The position numbers were made by a program, and so were the translations under genes. The notes below the pieces were generated by a model. That model was not told where the DNA came from. It saw nothing but the letters and a program-made list of their open reading frames with translations, and ran no database searches. A stretch of 42,276 nt of DNA, from assembly GCF_001194135.2 (NCBI RefSeq), contig NC_068983.1, forward strand, positions 133,168,302-133,210,577. The letters are read 5' to 3'. The stretch is from Octopus bimaculoides. Its lineage: Eukaryota. Below are positions 1 to 11,356 of this stretch, one piece after another (within the stretch, counting starts at the first letter, position 1; every line of letters begins with the position of its first letter).

Positions 1-107
<107 letters not shown>

Positions 108-151
108 TACATGCATAGATAGATATGTATGTTTATACATATATATATATA

Positions 152-400
152 CTTGGAATTTACAAAAAAAAAAAAGACGAAGACGGGTTTGTAAACAACA
201 AACAGATCTATTAGTTTAACGATGGGCAATTGAGATTGTCTTTTACGTTTCGAACTTACGCTCTTCAACAGAAAGAAACTCAAGAATAAGCAGAGGGAGA
301 AAATAAAAAAGGTTTAGTGGCTAGCGACGAATTATGGTGAATGCCGGACACAGGTGGTCAGAGGAGACCTAGGAAGAAGGGGAGATAAAAAAAAGTAGTG
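152..400 (-). mobile_element. Putative solo pseudo-LTR / non-autonomous Penelope-type repeat carrying a hammerhead-like motif
   Basis: Contains the minimal hammerhead-like fold at 239-276 and ends against a (TA)n tract; boundaries approximate; no coding sequence seen. Confidence 0.5.
239..276 (-). ncRNA. Minimal type I hammerhead ribozyme-like motif with core variant CUGUUGA
   Basis: Minus strand reads TCTTT-CTGTTGA-A-GAGC-GTAA-GTTC-GAAAC-GTA-AAAGA: 5-bp stem I, 4-bp stem II (one G-U) with GUAA tetraloop, GAAAC, GUA triplet, loopless ACGT stem III. Confidence 0.6.
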
Positions 401-1254
401 GTGATACCAAAACGAAGGTGCGTGTGTAGGTGAGAGGTGTGTATGTACATGTGAATAGGGGATGGTGACTTTGACGTGTGCGTGTGTGCATGTGTAGGTG
501 TGTGGATGATATTGTGGGTGCTGGGAAGTGGTCATTGCCAGTGTGTTCGGGGTGGTGTGATGTGGTGTGGTGTGGTATGGTGATGTGAGGAATCGTGGTG
601 TGTTGTTTGGAGGTGTTGGATATGGGGTACGCGTGGGAGGGGGACATATGCATGTATATATATATGAATACATATATACGTACATATATGTATAAATATA
701 TATATANNNNNNNNNNNNNNNNNNNNNNNNNNNNNNNNNNNNNNNNNNNNNNNNNNNNNNNNNNNNNNNNNNNNNNNNNNNNNNNNNNNNNNNNNNNNNN
801 NNNNNNNNNNNNNNNNNNNNNNNNNNNNNNNNNNNNNNNNNNNNNNNNNNNNNNNNNNNNNNNNNNNNNNNNNNNNNNNNNNNNNNNNNNNNNNNNNNNN
901 NNNNNNNNNNNNNNNNNNNNNNNNNNNNNNNNNNNNNNNNNNNNNNNNNNNNNNNNNNNNNNNNNNNNNNNNNNNNNNNNNNNNNNNNNNNNNNNNNNNN
1001 NNNNNNNNNNNNNNNNNNNNNNNNNNNNNNNNNNNNNNNNNNNNNNNNNNNNNNNNNNNNNNNNNNNNNNNNNNNNNNNNNNNNNNNNNNNNNNNNNNNN
1101 NNNNNNNNNNNNNNNNNNNNNNNNNNNNNNNNNNNNNNNNNNNNNNNNNNNNNNNNNNNNNNNNNNNNNNNNNNNNNNNNNNNNNNNNNNNNNNNNNNNN
1201 NNNNNNNNNNNNNNNNNNNNNNNNNNNNNNNNNNNNNNNNNNNNNNNNNNNNNN

Positions 1255-1330
<76 letters not shown>

Positions 1331-1414
1331 GATAGATAAATAGATAGATATATATGTGTCTATGTGTATTTAGATATTTATGTATGTATGTGTTTTGTCT
1401 ATTGTGTATATTTA

Positions 1415-1473
1415 TTTATTTATTTATTTATGTGTTTCAGCCAAGTGGCTGCGGTCATGCTGGTGCACCACCG
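1415..1473 (-). mobile_element. Isolated SINE 3' tail fragment
   Basis: Reverse complement GGTGGTGCACCAGCATGACCGCAGCC..CTGAAACA matches the tail GGCGGTGCTCCAGCATGGCCACAGTC..CTGAAACA of the SINE ending near 39010. Confidence 0.7.
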
Positions 1474-1933
1474 TATATGTAGTTTTTAAAAAAATCGAGG
1501 AAACGAAAAAGAATAAATATACCGTATCAAAACAGAAAAGTTGTGCTCTATGTCTGATAAATCAGCATGCTGTAAATTTATCGGAGAACGAAACGATTAC
1601 CATATAAAAGCTTTTCTTAAAGTGTTGCACTGCCACAGGTAAATAGGCACATGTCAGAAATACTTAAATTTGCCAATATCGTTAAAAGCTAAACAATTCC
1701 AGCTTTTATTCGTTAAACCCCTCAAATCAATTCTATTTTTTTTTTATTATATTCACTTTAGATTCTTTTTTCCTTTTATCACGCAGTGAAAAATCCAACA
1801 ACATCTACTTTGTTATAAATATTACCGATTCATATTTTCAAAATAGTACTCAATATATTGACAATATAACTTTTAAGTACTCTTAATAATTCTTTGTATC
1901 TTGTTCGTTTGTCTATTTCATACATAGTTAGTC

Positions 1934-1998
<65 letters not shown>

Positions 1999-3300
1999 TG
2001 GTGCGTGACAATTTACCGTTCATTTTGGGGGTTCTCATTATTAATCATATTAAACACCCACCATTGTGTGATCACAAGGAAGTGTGTAGTCTGAAGAGGG
2101 TTATAATGTAATATAAATAGTACATCAATAATGAGTGTAAGGAACATGGGTTTCACCTTGATATCCTTTTATTTCATTTGTGCATATGTTTCAGCGTTTG
2201 GCAACAGATGACGTCACACTATAAATGTAACCCTCAGATTCACCTCTGAAATGCAGTATGCATATTCAAAACGAACGCTTCTTTAGACAGGCAAACGAAA
2301 AATATCATTGCTTTCTCGCCAAACTTAATTCCTGTCTTGCTTTTTCAAACATTCTATCTCTTTTTTTCCTCTCTATCTCACCTCTTCTACAGTAATTTGA
2401 CAGTTTTCTCAGGTTGCAAGTTTTTTAGGCAATGAACAAAGTTGTCTCACCTATGTATTCCCAGAAATGATTATATATGAGTAAAACAAGTAATCCTAGG
2501 AAAGTGTTGTTGATCTACTATGCCATCAATAATTCATAGAAAATTTCAATTACAGTCAGGAGCGAATAGTCTATATTTTCCAATCTTGTGTTCCGTCTAA
2601 ACGTGAGAAAGATATAAAGTTATGTACTTTTGACTGCAAGTTAGCAAACTGATGAATGAAGTTCAACAGAATTATTCATCTCTCTTACGACAAAAAACAT
2701 AACACTTCTCTCTATTTCTCACCCAAAGACGCGCGGTAAGAGGCCCAAATGTTAGATTAGTTATGGTAATTGATCTGCCATATTTTTTTATGATTTCTCG
2801 TATATTGGGCGGTAGCGATTCAAAGACAAACGAAGCCAAGTCGATATATATGCGTGTTTAATTTACATACATAATTTATCTCAATGTATTTGTGTACATA
2901 TATTTTCTATGAATGTGGAGGCCATGACATTCTCATCTGATTAGGCGTATCTAAAACATCAAAATTGTAAATTATCGCTAGGTGGCTGTCATTTCAGTGA
3001 AACACCCTTATTATTTCTAACAAATAAACTGGTTATGTCCCCTATAGTTAAAATGAAATATCAATTTCGTTTCATAAGTCTTTTTCTAAATCATTTTTGT
3101 TATAATTGTTCAACAGTTAATGTTACATTGCAAATATGTAGCATATTATTCATATATCTTCATAGTGAGTATATTATCTTTGCATATATGAGATTATACA
3201 TGTCTGTCAGTGCATATTTGTGTATATTTTTATGTATGGATGTTTGGATGCATGTCTTTCCTGTCAGTGTACGTAATTGTATCTATCTATATATATATAT

Positions 3301-3583
3301 AGTTTTAGGGAAAATAACCAATTTTCAAGAACTCATCGATGAAAATCCACTATCACATAGAGAAAAATTAATAATTAAAAGCACAATAAATGAGTATAAT
3401 ATAAAGTAAAGTAAATATCATAAGATAAATATAATATCTTTATATTATATTATATTTATCTTATGATATTTACTTTACTTTATATTATACTCATTTATTG
3501 TGCTTTTAATTATTAGTTTTTCTATATGTGATAGTGGATTTTCATCGATGAGTTCTTGAAAATTGGTTATTTTCCCTAAAACT
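3301..3583. repeat. Long near-perfect AT-rich inverted repeat (foldback palindrome)
   Basis: Arms 3301-3437 and 3447-3583 (137 bp each) are reverse complements with 2 mismatches found by eye; 9-nt spacer CTTTATATT; flanked by (TA)n. Confidence 0.95.
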
Positions 3584-5391
3584 ATATATATATATNNNNN
3601 NNNNNNNNNNNNNNNNNNNNNNNNNNNNNNNNNNNNNNNNNNNNNNNNNNNNNNNNNNNNNNNNNNNNNNNNNNNNNNNNNNNNNNNNNNNNNNNNNNNN
3701 NNNNNNNNNNNNNNNNNNNNNNNNNNNNNNNNNNNATGCCTACATATATCATCCTCGTATATATATATAAATATATATATATGTGCGTGTGTGTGTATGC
3801 GTGTGTGTTTTTGTGTGTGTATGTTTTTGTTTGTGTATGCGTACTAATTTCTGGAGTATACGTTTGACATGCTCATATATATCTTCACGAATTTCTTTTG
3901 TAGATGTGTATTTGAACACAGATATCAATGTTTGTATGCTTGTTTTGTGTGTATAAAACGTTTTGTACAAAACCTATAAATTTGTGCTTGTTTCTGAATG
4001 TGAACTTTTCTATTGTAATATGATTCTGTATTCACGTTTGTGTTACCGCATGTGCGTATGTAGCTATGCATGTATATATATAAAAGGTAGGTAGGTATGC
4101 ATGTGTGCATGTGAATGTGTTTATGTGTGTGTGTTTCAGCGTATGTTTGTGTGTGCGAACGGTTATGTGTAAATTTTGTCTTTATGTATGTGATGTGCAT
4201 CAATGGTACTCAGGTGTTTTAGGAAGTAATTTCTATAGGATAACCAAAGAAAAGGTCTGAAAATTTTTTTTTTTTGTATCTTTATGTGTAGGTATACATT
4301 TTATATTTTAAATTCATCACAAAGTTACATATAACCAAGGAAATAAAATTGATTTACCACAATGTATTATAGGATAGATTTATATACTTTGGAAACTGCG
4401 TTGTTTATGTTGTTGTTTCGCTGATTTTTCCCCACTAGTTTTTCCTTTTATATCTTTATATTAATCTAATTTCTATTCTTTCAAAAAAAAAAACTGTCGT
4501 ATTTTGAAAAACGACCTTGTAATCTTGGTTGATAAAAAAATGCTTCTGTTCTCAAACAAGACAAAATGGAAAGAAAAAGAAAAAATAGAACAGCCAAGCG
4601 TGTAATGAAAAGAAACTATTTCCGAACTAGTAAGTAATAAAAGCATTAAAAATGCATATTGTGTCTCAATGTTCAAAATACATTTTGTTTTTAAAGTCTT
4701 AGTCTTTTCATTTGACTGTTTTTACCTTTTAAATTTAATACTAGTGTTCTGAAAGTAACATATGAAAATTTAGCATATTTTTGTGCATTTTAGGTGGTCT
4801 GTCTGAATAAAAACGTCACCGTGTTACAAATTTGATATTAAGAATATATTCAGGAATAAAGATGGTAGGAAAACAAACAATCTGAAACAAACCCACTAAA
4901 CAATACGGATCAAAGACAGAGTTTCTCTTCCGTGTCTCCGCAGTTAGATCTTTGATAATCAATACATACCGACGCTTTATATAACGTAGACGCTGGATCA
5001 TATTGAATAATGCCTAATTTCAACAACTAGTACTATTTAGTTGCATGGTGCCTGAATATATCAGGAAGAGAGCCTCTCTAACACATCTTAAATGAGCTAA
5101 AGAGAATATTTTGTTAAGTCATTTGATTTATTCGAATTTCGCCAATTTTTATCATGGACTATTTTACGGTTGACTGAAATAGTGTTTAGAATATGTAATA
5201 CTGTTTTTAATGCATTTAGAAAAGGACATTTAATGAGCACATGCAGTTTTTGCAAGTTTTTGTAAGGCAGTGAACAATTATAAACAAAGTATATTTTGTC
5301 ACAAAATCAAAAATTTAATAAATATTACTTATTGTGACCTACTCGATTATACAACTGTGTGTGTGTTTATGTATGTGAATATTTATATATA

Positions 5392-5505
5392 GAGAGTAAG
5401 TACCAGACTTAAAAGAAAAGTATGATCACTGCTGTCGATTTGTGTGGCTAAACCTTTAAGGTTATGTCACAACGAGCGAACGAGTGAAACAAGTAAAAAT
5501 ATAAA
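5392..5505 (+). mobile_element. Degraded SINE 3' part
   Basis: AAGTACCAG...GTCGATTT...CTAAACC...TGAAACAAGTAAAA resembles the tail of the 38367-39020 SINE. Confidence 0.55.
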
Positions 5506-5811
5506 TACATACATAAGAACCGATGTGACTGTGCGCTACGAAATGGAATGTAGTCTAAGATCGAACAGCTTGTCAACAATATTTCAAGCATAGCTTGAAT
5601 ATTTGTATGGCTAAACCGACATTTTACATCGTAATATGTTGTCCTGTATGTTTGGTTTGCGCGATAATGGTGGCGTTTTTATTAGCTGGTCAAACGACTA
5701 CGCATAGAAGCTTTAGGTGTCTTAATCCAATGTAGATTTTTCAATAGAACGCGAAAATTTAACGTTTACATCTGAAATGTAATCCACAAACTTAATTTTA
5801 AAATTATCTCG

Positions 5812-6120
5812 TGGATGCGTGGTAAGAACCTCGCTTTCCAACCGCCTGGTTCTCTGTTCACTCCCACTGCGATTGGGTATTTATGTATATATTTATGGTG
5901 GGAATGTATATGTTAATGTGTTTGTGTCTTTGTGTTGGTCCTTTACCACCGATTAACAAGCGATGTATGCTTTGTTTACATCTCCATAACTTAACAGTTT
6001 GGTGTAAGAGAAAGATAAAATAAATAGCAGGCTTTGAAAATTAAGTACTGGAGGTGGTTCATTCCACAAAAAACCCTTCAACGCGGTGACCCAGCATGAC
6101 CGCAGTCCAATGAAAGAAAA
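5812..6120 (+). mobile_element. Degraded tRNA-derived SINE, same family as 38367-39020
   Basis: Head GTGGTAAGAACCTCGCTTTCCAACC..GGTTC..CCCACTGCG, internal TA/TG-rich tract, tail GCGGTGACCCAGCATGACCGCAGTC. Confidence 0.7.
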
Positions 6121-6713
6121 ATTATAAGATTGCATCCTTGTGAATCGAGAATATTAAGTTAGAAATGTTAAGTCTAAATGTATTCTGATAAAACTAAATT
6201 AATCAGGTAAAGAGTGCGACCCAAGAAATGCAGAGATGTCTTCAACCGGTTGTTAATCAGTATAATCATTTCAAACTGAAGATAATCACGTAAATACTAG
6301 CATTCAAAGGTTTCTATTAATAACGAATGAATATAAAGAGTTGTAAAACAGAAACTATCTCTCTTAATGAAATATATAATGCCCGGAAATTTATATTTGT
6401 CAGGGCAAACGACATCATTCTGCTTTGAACTGTTTATAAAGTAATGCCTTTCTACAAGGTACTATGGTATATTGAAGAGTTGACATTATAATTGGCATCT
6501 AAGATTCATGAATGAACAGAGTTTTTGATGTTTTTGCTATTCTCCCACAACAAATAAACTCAAACACTACTCATTTTAAAAACAGAGTACCTTACCACAT
6601 CTTTTGTAAACATGAGTGGAACTCAACTAGTGACCACACCATCGCTCTAAATGCTGAGCGTTACAATCACAGAGGATATGCCCTGCCGAAGGTACACCTT
6701 TGACATAATTTGG

Positions 6714-6920
6714 GCGCGCGTGTGTGTGCGCGCGTGTGTGTGCGCGCGTGTGTGTGCGCGCGTGTGTGTATGCGGGCGTGTGTGTGTGCGTATGTGTGTC
6801 CGTGCTTGTGTGTGCATGCGTGTGTGCCTGTCTGTCTGTCTGTGTACATATGTATGTGTGTGTGCTTATGTGTGTGTGTATGTGTGTGTGGGGGGGGGCG
6901 TGTGTGTGTGTGTGTGTGTG
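6714..6920. repeat. Alternating purine-pyrimidine tract beginning with 4 exact copies of GCGCGCGTGTGTGT
   Basis: 14-bp units start at 6714, 6728, 6742 and 6756, then degenerate (GT)n. Confidence 0.9.
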
Positions 6921-7454
6921 TTACGAGTTTAAACTCAATTTCTGTCTCCTAAATTCTAATCACGATATCCCATACTGCCGGAGGATACGGAAAAGAAACG
7001 TACCCAGAAAAGCATGCTTTCTGATCGAACATGCTATCTTGTGGTTTTGTCATTGTTAAGCTATATACTTAAACACATCATTTGGTTGAAACAATAAAGT
7101 GCGGCTACTGAACGTGTGTGTGCTAATTTTCTGTCCATTACAAAAGAGAAAAATATAATCAGGTACCCATTTGATGAAGAATCAAAGTGACTTCCAAGTG
7201 ATAACGAATCGATACACTATCTCATTGACCTAAATACAGTTTGGCCAATTTATCATGCACTTCCTATTATATTTCAACATTATTTATTTGTTCTACCATT
7301 CAAATGTAGTCATGATATTTTTCTACTCATATCTATAATAATTGCAATCTATCAGTGCAGCTAGGGGATAATATAATTTCAACAATCTCGTTATCTATAT
7401 AACAATTCACCTAAATATTTTCCTCATTGGAATTCTCACTGAATATTCTCTCTC

Positions 7455-7522
<68 letters not shown>

Positions 7523-7688
7523 CCTCTCTCTTCCTCTTTCTCTCCCTGTCACTAACTCTCTGTCTGTCCTGTCACATACATAAATATGAGTGTGTGTGTG
7601 TGAGAGTGTATGTATGTAATTGTGTGTGTATATTTGTCTGTATGTATAAATATATGTATATATATGTATATATATATACGGAAACACG

Positions 7689-7734
<46 letters not shown>

Positions 7735-7984
7735 CAAAAAGTGATTATATCAGTGGCCTAGCACATATCAGTGACCGTATAATATATGTTGTATGTTTTT
7801 TTTTAATTATGTAATTATATTTCATAAATATTTTATAATTATATTGTATAATTATATGCTTTTTAAAAAACATTTATATATATATATATAATTACATATA
7901 TATGTAATGTCCAATGTAAGTGTGTTTGTGTGCGCATGACACCAAAAGAACCTCGGTTTCACCCAACTGTATATATACCTCAGT

Positions 7985-8029
<45 letters not shown>

Positions 8030-8051
8030 ATTATTCAGTTTTATTTCAAGA

Positions 8052-8580
8052 TTCCTTGTCAATAGAAAAAAATCCGGTTTCTAACCTAAATCCAAAGTTC
8101 CTTCACTGGAATTTTAACATGAACGTGGTATTTTTGTATGCATATATACGTGCAGGCTTGTATGTTTTGTTTTATGCTTGTATTCTCATGCATATTACTT
8201 TTATATCTAGATATGCACCTATATGCTAAAATGATAAGCTTCTGGAAAGTTTTACAGATTTTTACAGTTTCACTGATGGCTTGGATCTGTAGTCTTCCAA
8301 TCAGCTTTCTCATTTCTGGTTTTTGAGAAGCCTAATTGCTCAAGATTGGTATTTAGGCAGTGTGTTACATACCCCAATGACCCAGTAATTATAGGTATAG
8401 ACCTAAACTTGTAATCCGGATAGAATAACTGCAGATTTCTCAATAGTTCAAAGTAGGTATTCTGTTTTTCACCGACCTTCAGTTTTATATTAACATCCGC
8501 TGGACAGCTGATTTCTACAACTATAAACAGTTTCTTTTCTCTATCCCAAATCATTATATCAGGTCTCTTCTATAACGAGT
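8052..8580 (-). mobile_element. 3' fragment of an RLE-type non-LTR retrotransposon (family 2)
   Basis: Minus translation RPDIMIWDREKKLFIVVEISCPADVNIKLKVGEKQNTY...IPIITGSLG fits the RPD..E..EK..Y..GxLG restriction-like endonuclease signature; frameshifted; homologous to 23565-23940. Confidence 0.85.
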
Positions 8581-9432
8581 TCGTCTATAACTACAGCTAG
8601 AAAGAATCTGTTTACCTTTGGAGCTGTTGTTTTCGTTTTGTTCTTCCGTTGTCATATGCTGCTTGTAGTGACTCTCTGCTTGGTAAATTCAACTTTCAGT
8701 CGAAAATCACTAGAATCATTAATAAAACGCTCCTTTAGTTAATCCACCTGAAGATTTACCAGTGATTTAACAGAGCTGATAGTTGCGGTTTCAGTGTTGG
8801 ACATTGCATTCATCGTATTGTCGATAAATAGTCTCCCACGCCAAATATGCGATTTGTCGCTTCGAGAATGTATGCATGTATGTATAATACTTTCTAAAAT
8901 ATTAAGGTATGATACAACGCAAATTTTCAGATTTTTTACCTTACAGTACGCAGAACTTGAATGTCACTTTGAAAATTTACCATGAGGTGGTGTTAGCGGG
9001 AACAAGAATTAGCTGACGTTCTTTCAGGCTTACTTCCGAACATTCCAATTTCAAAGTCCAATTTTTTTCATCACTAATTTTACTTCCTCTCCATTGTCGA
9101 CACAGTCACTGGCAACATGCGTTAATTTTTTTAAGTACTAAGATAGTGGGTCACCGGAGAGAATTTCACATATGTACGTTTAATAAAATACGTTAGACTA
9201 AGCTGTGATAAAATATCTTGTAATTAAACAACAGAGGGATCTCGGTGCAGAAGGGACTAAAAGCATTTACAACTCATTCTTCTTTAATCTTCAATGCATT
9301 TTATTTTCAATTATCAATTATATTTCTATAATTTCTCTTTTTCAGTCGCCTTTTTCGTTGACTTGATCCTTCTGTCAATCAGCTTCCGCGTATGCGTGTG
9401 AATCTGTATATCTGTGCGTTTGTTCATGTATG

Positions 9433-9470
<38 letters not shown>

Positions 9471-9542
9471 CATCTGCGCATGCATATACACGCGGACGCA
9501 TGCATGCGCACACATATATAGACACATACACACGCGCACACA

Positions 9543-9584
<42 letters not shown>

Positions 9585-10054
9585 TATATATCAATTATTT
9601 CAAGAATATAAATACCTCTGAAAGGGTTTGTCAGCATTCAAGTTTTCCAGTTTTATCCACTGTATCAGTAAAATACTAAAAGATGTTATTTTCACATTGA
9701 CGGATATCGGCATATCACCATTTATATAACTAGGTCACTTAAAATATAATTCATAAGTGAATAAAGAAATTTGGTGAGATTTTGTACTCTCACATTCGTA
9801 TGCATGTACGCATGCATACCAGTGTGCGAGCACACACGCATGAGCATGAACATGTGCACTCGCACGCGCGCGTGCACAGGTATACACGCCGTTTATCAAT
9901 CTCAATGTATACCAACCACCAATGCATACCAACCACCAACACGTACCAAATCCCAACGCTTGATTTGTGTGTGTTTACTTCAAAATGGATGATGGCTAGC
10001 ATCGGGCTTGAAACTCGAGAGTACCAACGAATCTGAATCAAGATGTTTTGATCC

Positions 10055-10125
<71 letters not shown>

Positions 10126-10162
10126 TGTGTGTGTACATACGCACACATTCATNNNNNNNNNN

Positions 10163-10230
<68 letters not shown>

Positions 10231-10799
10231 TGTGTCTGTGTATGGAGCAGTACTTATTATACCCTCTCTCCTCTGATATCCATTTCGCTGTCAACTCAGT
10301 TTCCTGTTTCAATTCATGGTTCGTTGTTAGTTTCCGATTATGTTTCAACAAGTTTGCTTGATAACATTACTTCATATATCAGTTGCCACTCCGCCTACAT
10401 GTACCTTTTCAACTACTACTGCAACTTCCACCGCTAAAACTACTACTACTACAGCTGCTGCCGCTACTACAACTGTAGCTGCTTCCCTTATTGCTGCTCT
10501 TGGATCTATGGCTGTTACTATTGTTTCTCCGGCTACAACTCACAACATCCTAAGTCAGGTCAAGGTTAATAGATACTGAGTTGTAATTGAAAGTTTGGAG
10601 AGGGATCCCTTTGAGCGATGCATCTTCTGAAATATTATCTAGGTTTTTCTGTCTTCCCTTTTTATCATGCCCAAAACTCCAACAATAGCAGTGACAGTTT
10701 TCAATTTAAGATGTCACATCTCTTATATTTCAATATCCACATCCGTTTATTTATTGATATCACCAAGTCCCTTGACAGATACATTGATAGCATTGGTTA

Positions 10800-11263
10800 T
10801 CATTTTTATCATTGTTATATTTATCACGTCCTTTCATTGCAATACCAAGTGCAGCGTTGTGTTCCTTGGGTATGGGTTGTGGTTTGTTGTGGTACGCCTA
10901 CTTTCACAGTATTGAAAGTGTTTTACGTAGAATGTGTGCATAGTAGTGCTATTTTCTGTAAGTTATATGTGTTTGTAAGTCTTAGTGTTTTCGTTATGTA
11001 TTTCTCTGAATGTTCTTTTTTATTTTTTTTATGTTTTTTCTTTTTATCAAACCTAATGTGCCTATGTCAGGAACTTTTTTTCTGTTTTTACGCTGCACAT
11101 TCCAGTTACCTCTATTTCCAGATCTTTGTATTTTGAAAATTTCTCTGTTTCTTATAGAGAAACATTGTCATTTGTTGATATTGACACATCTATTAGAAAG
11201 CATTTTCTTTTTCTTGGTGATCTCTGACAAGTATATCCGGACTATCGGCCTGAATTTTTCTTT
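10800..11263 (-). mobile_element. 5'-truncated R4/Dong-like LINE (copy A): RLE C-terminus and 3' UTR
   Basis: Broken minus-strand frames give CFLIDVSISTNDNVSL*ETEKFSKYKDLEIEV; 3' UTR aligns with copies B, C and D. Confidence 0.85.
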
Positions 11264-11356
11264 GTTATTATTATCTTTGTTGTTGTTGTTGTTGTTTTTG
11301 TGGTCGTCATTATTATTATTATTATTAATATTATTATTATTATTACTATTAATATT

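Noticed and set aside
2209-2240. CRE plus TATAAA as a promoter
   Set aside because: Spacing to any initiator is wrong, no downstream gene is seen, and such motifs are expected by chance in AT-rich DNA.
2980-3012. Tc1-like terminal sequence GAAACACCCT-TA
   Set aside because: No matching inverted partner or transposase remnant was found.
10340-10579. Thr/Ala-rich mucin-like ORF
   Set aside because: It is a decayed (CTA/CTG)n tract with no splice or homology support.
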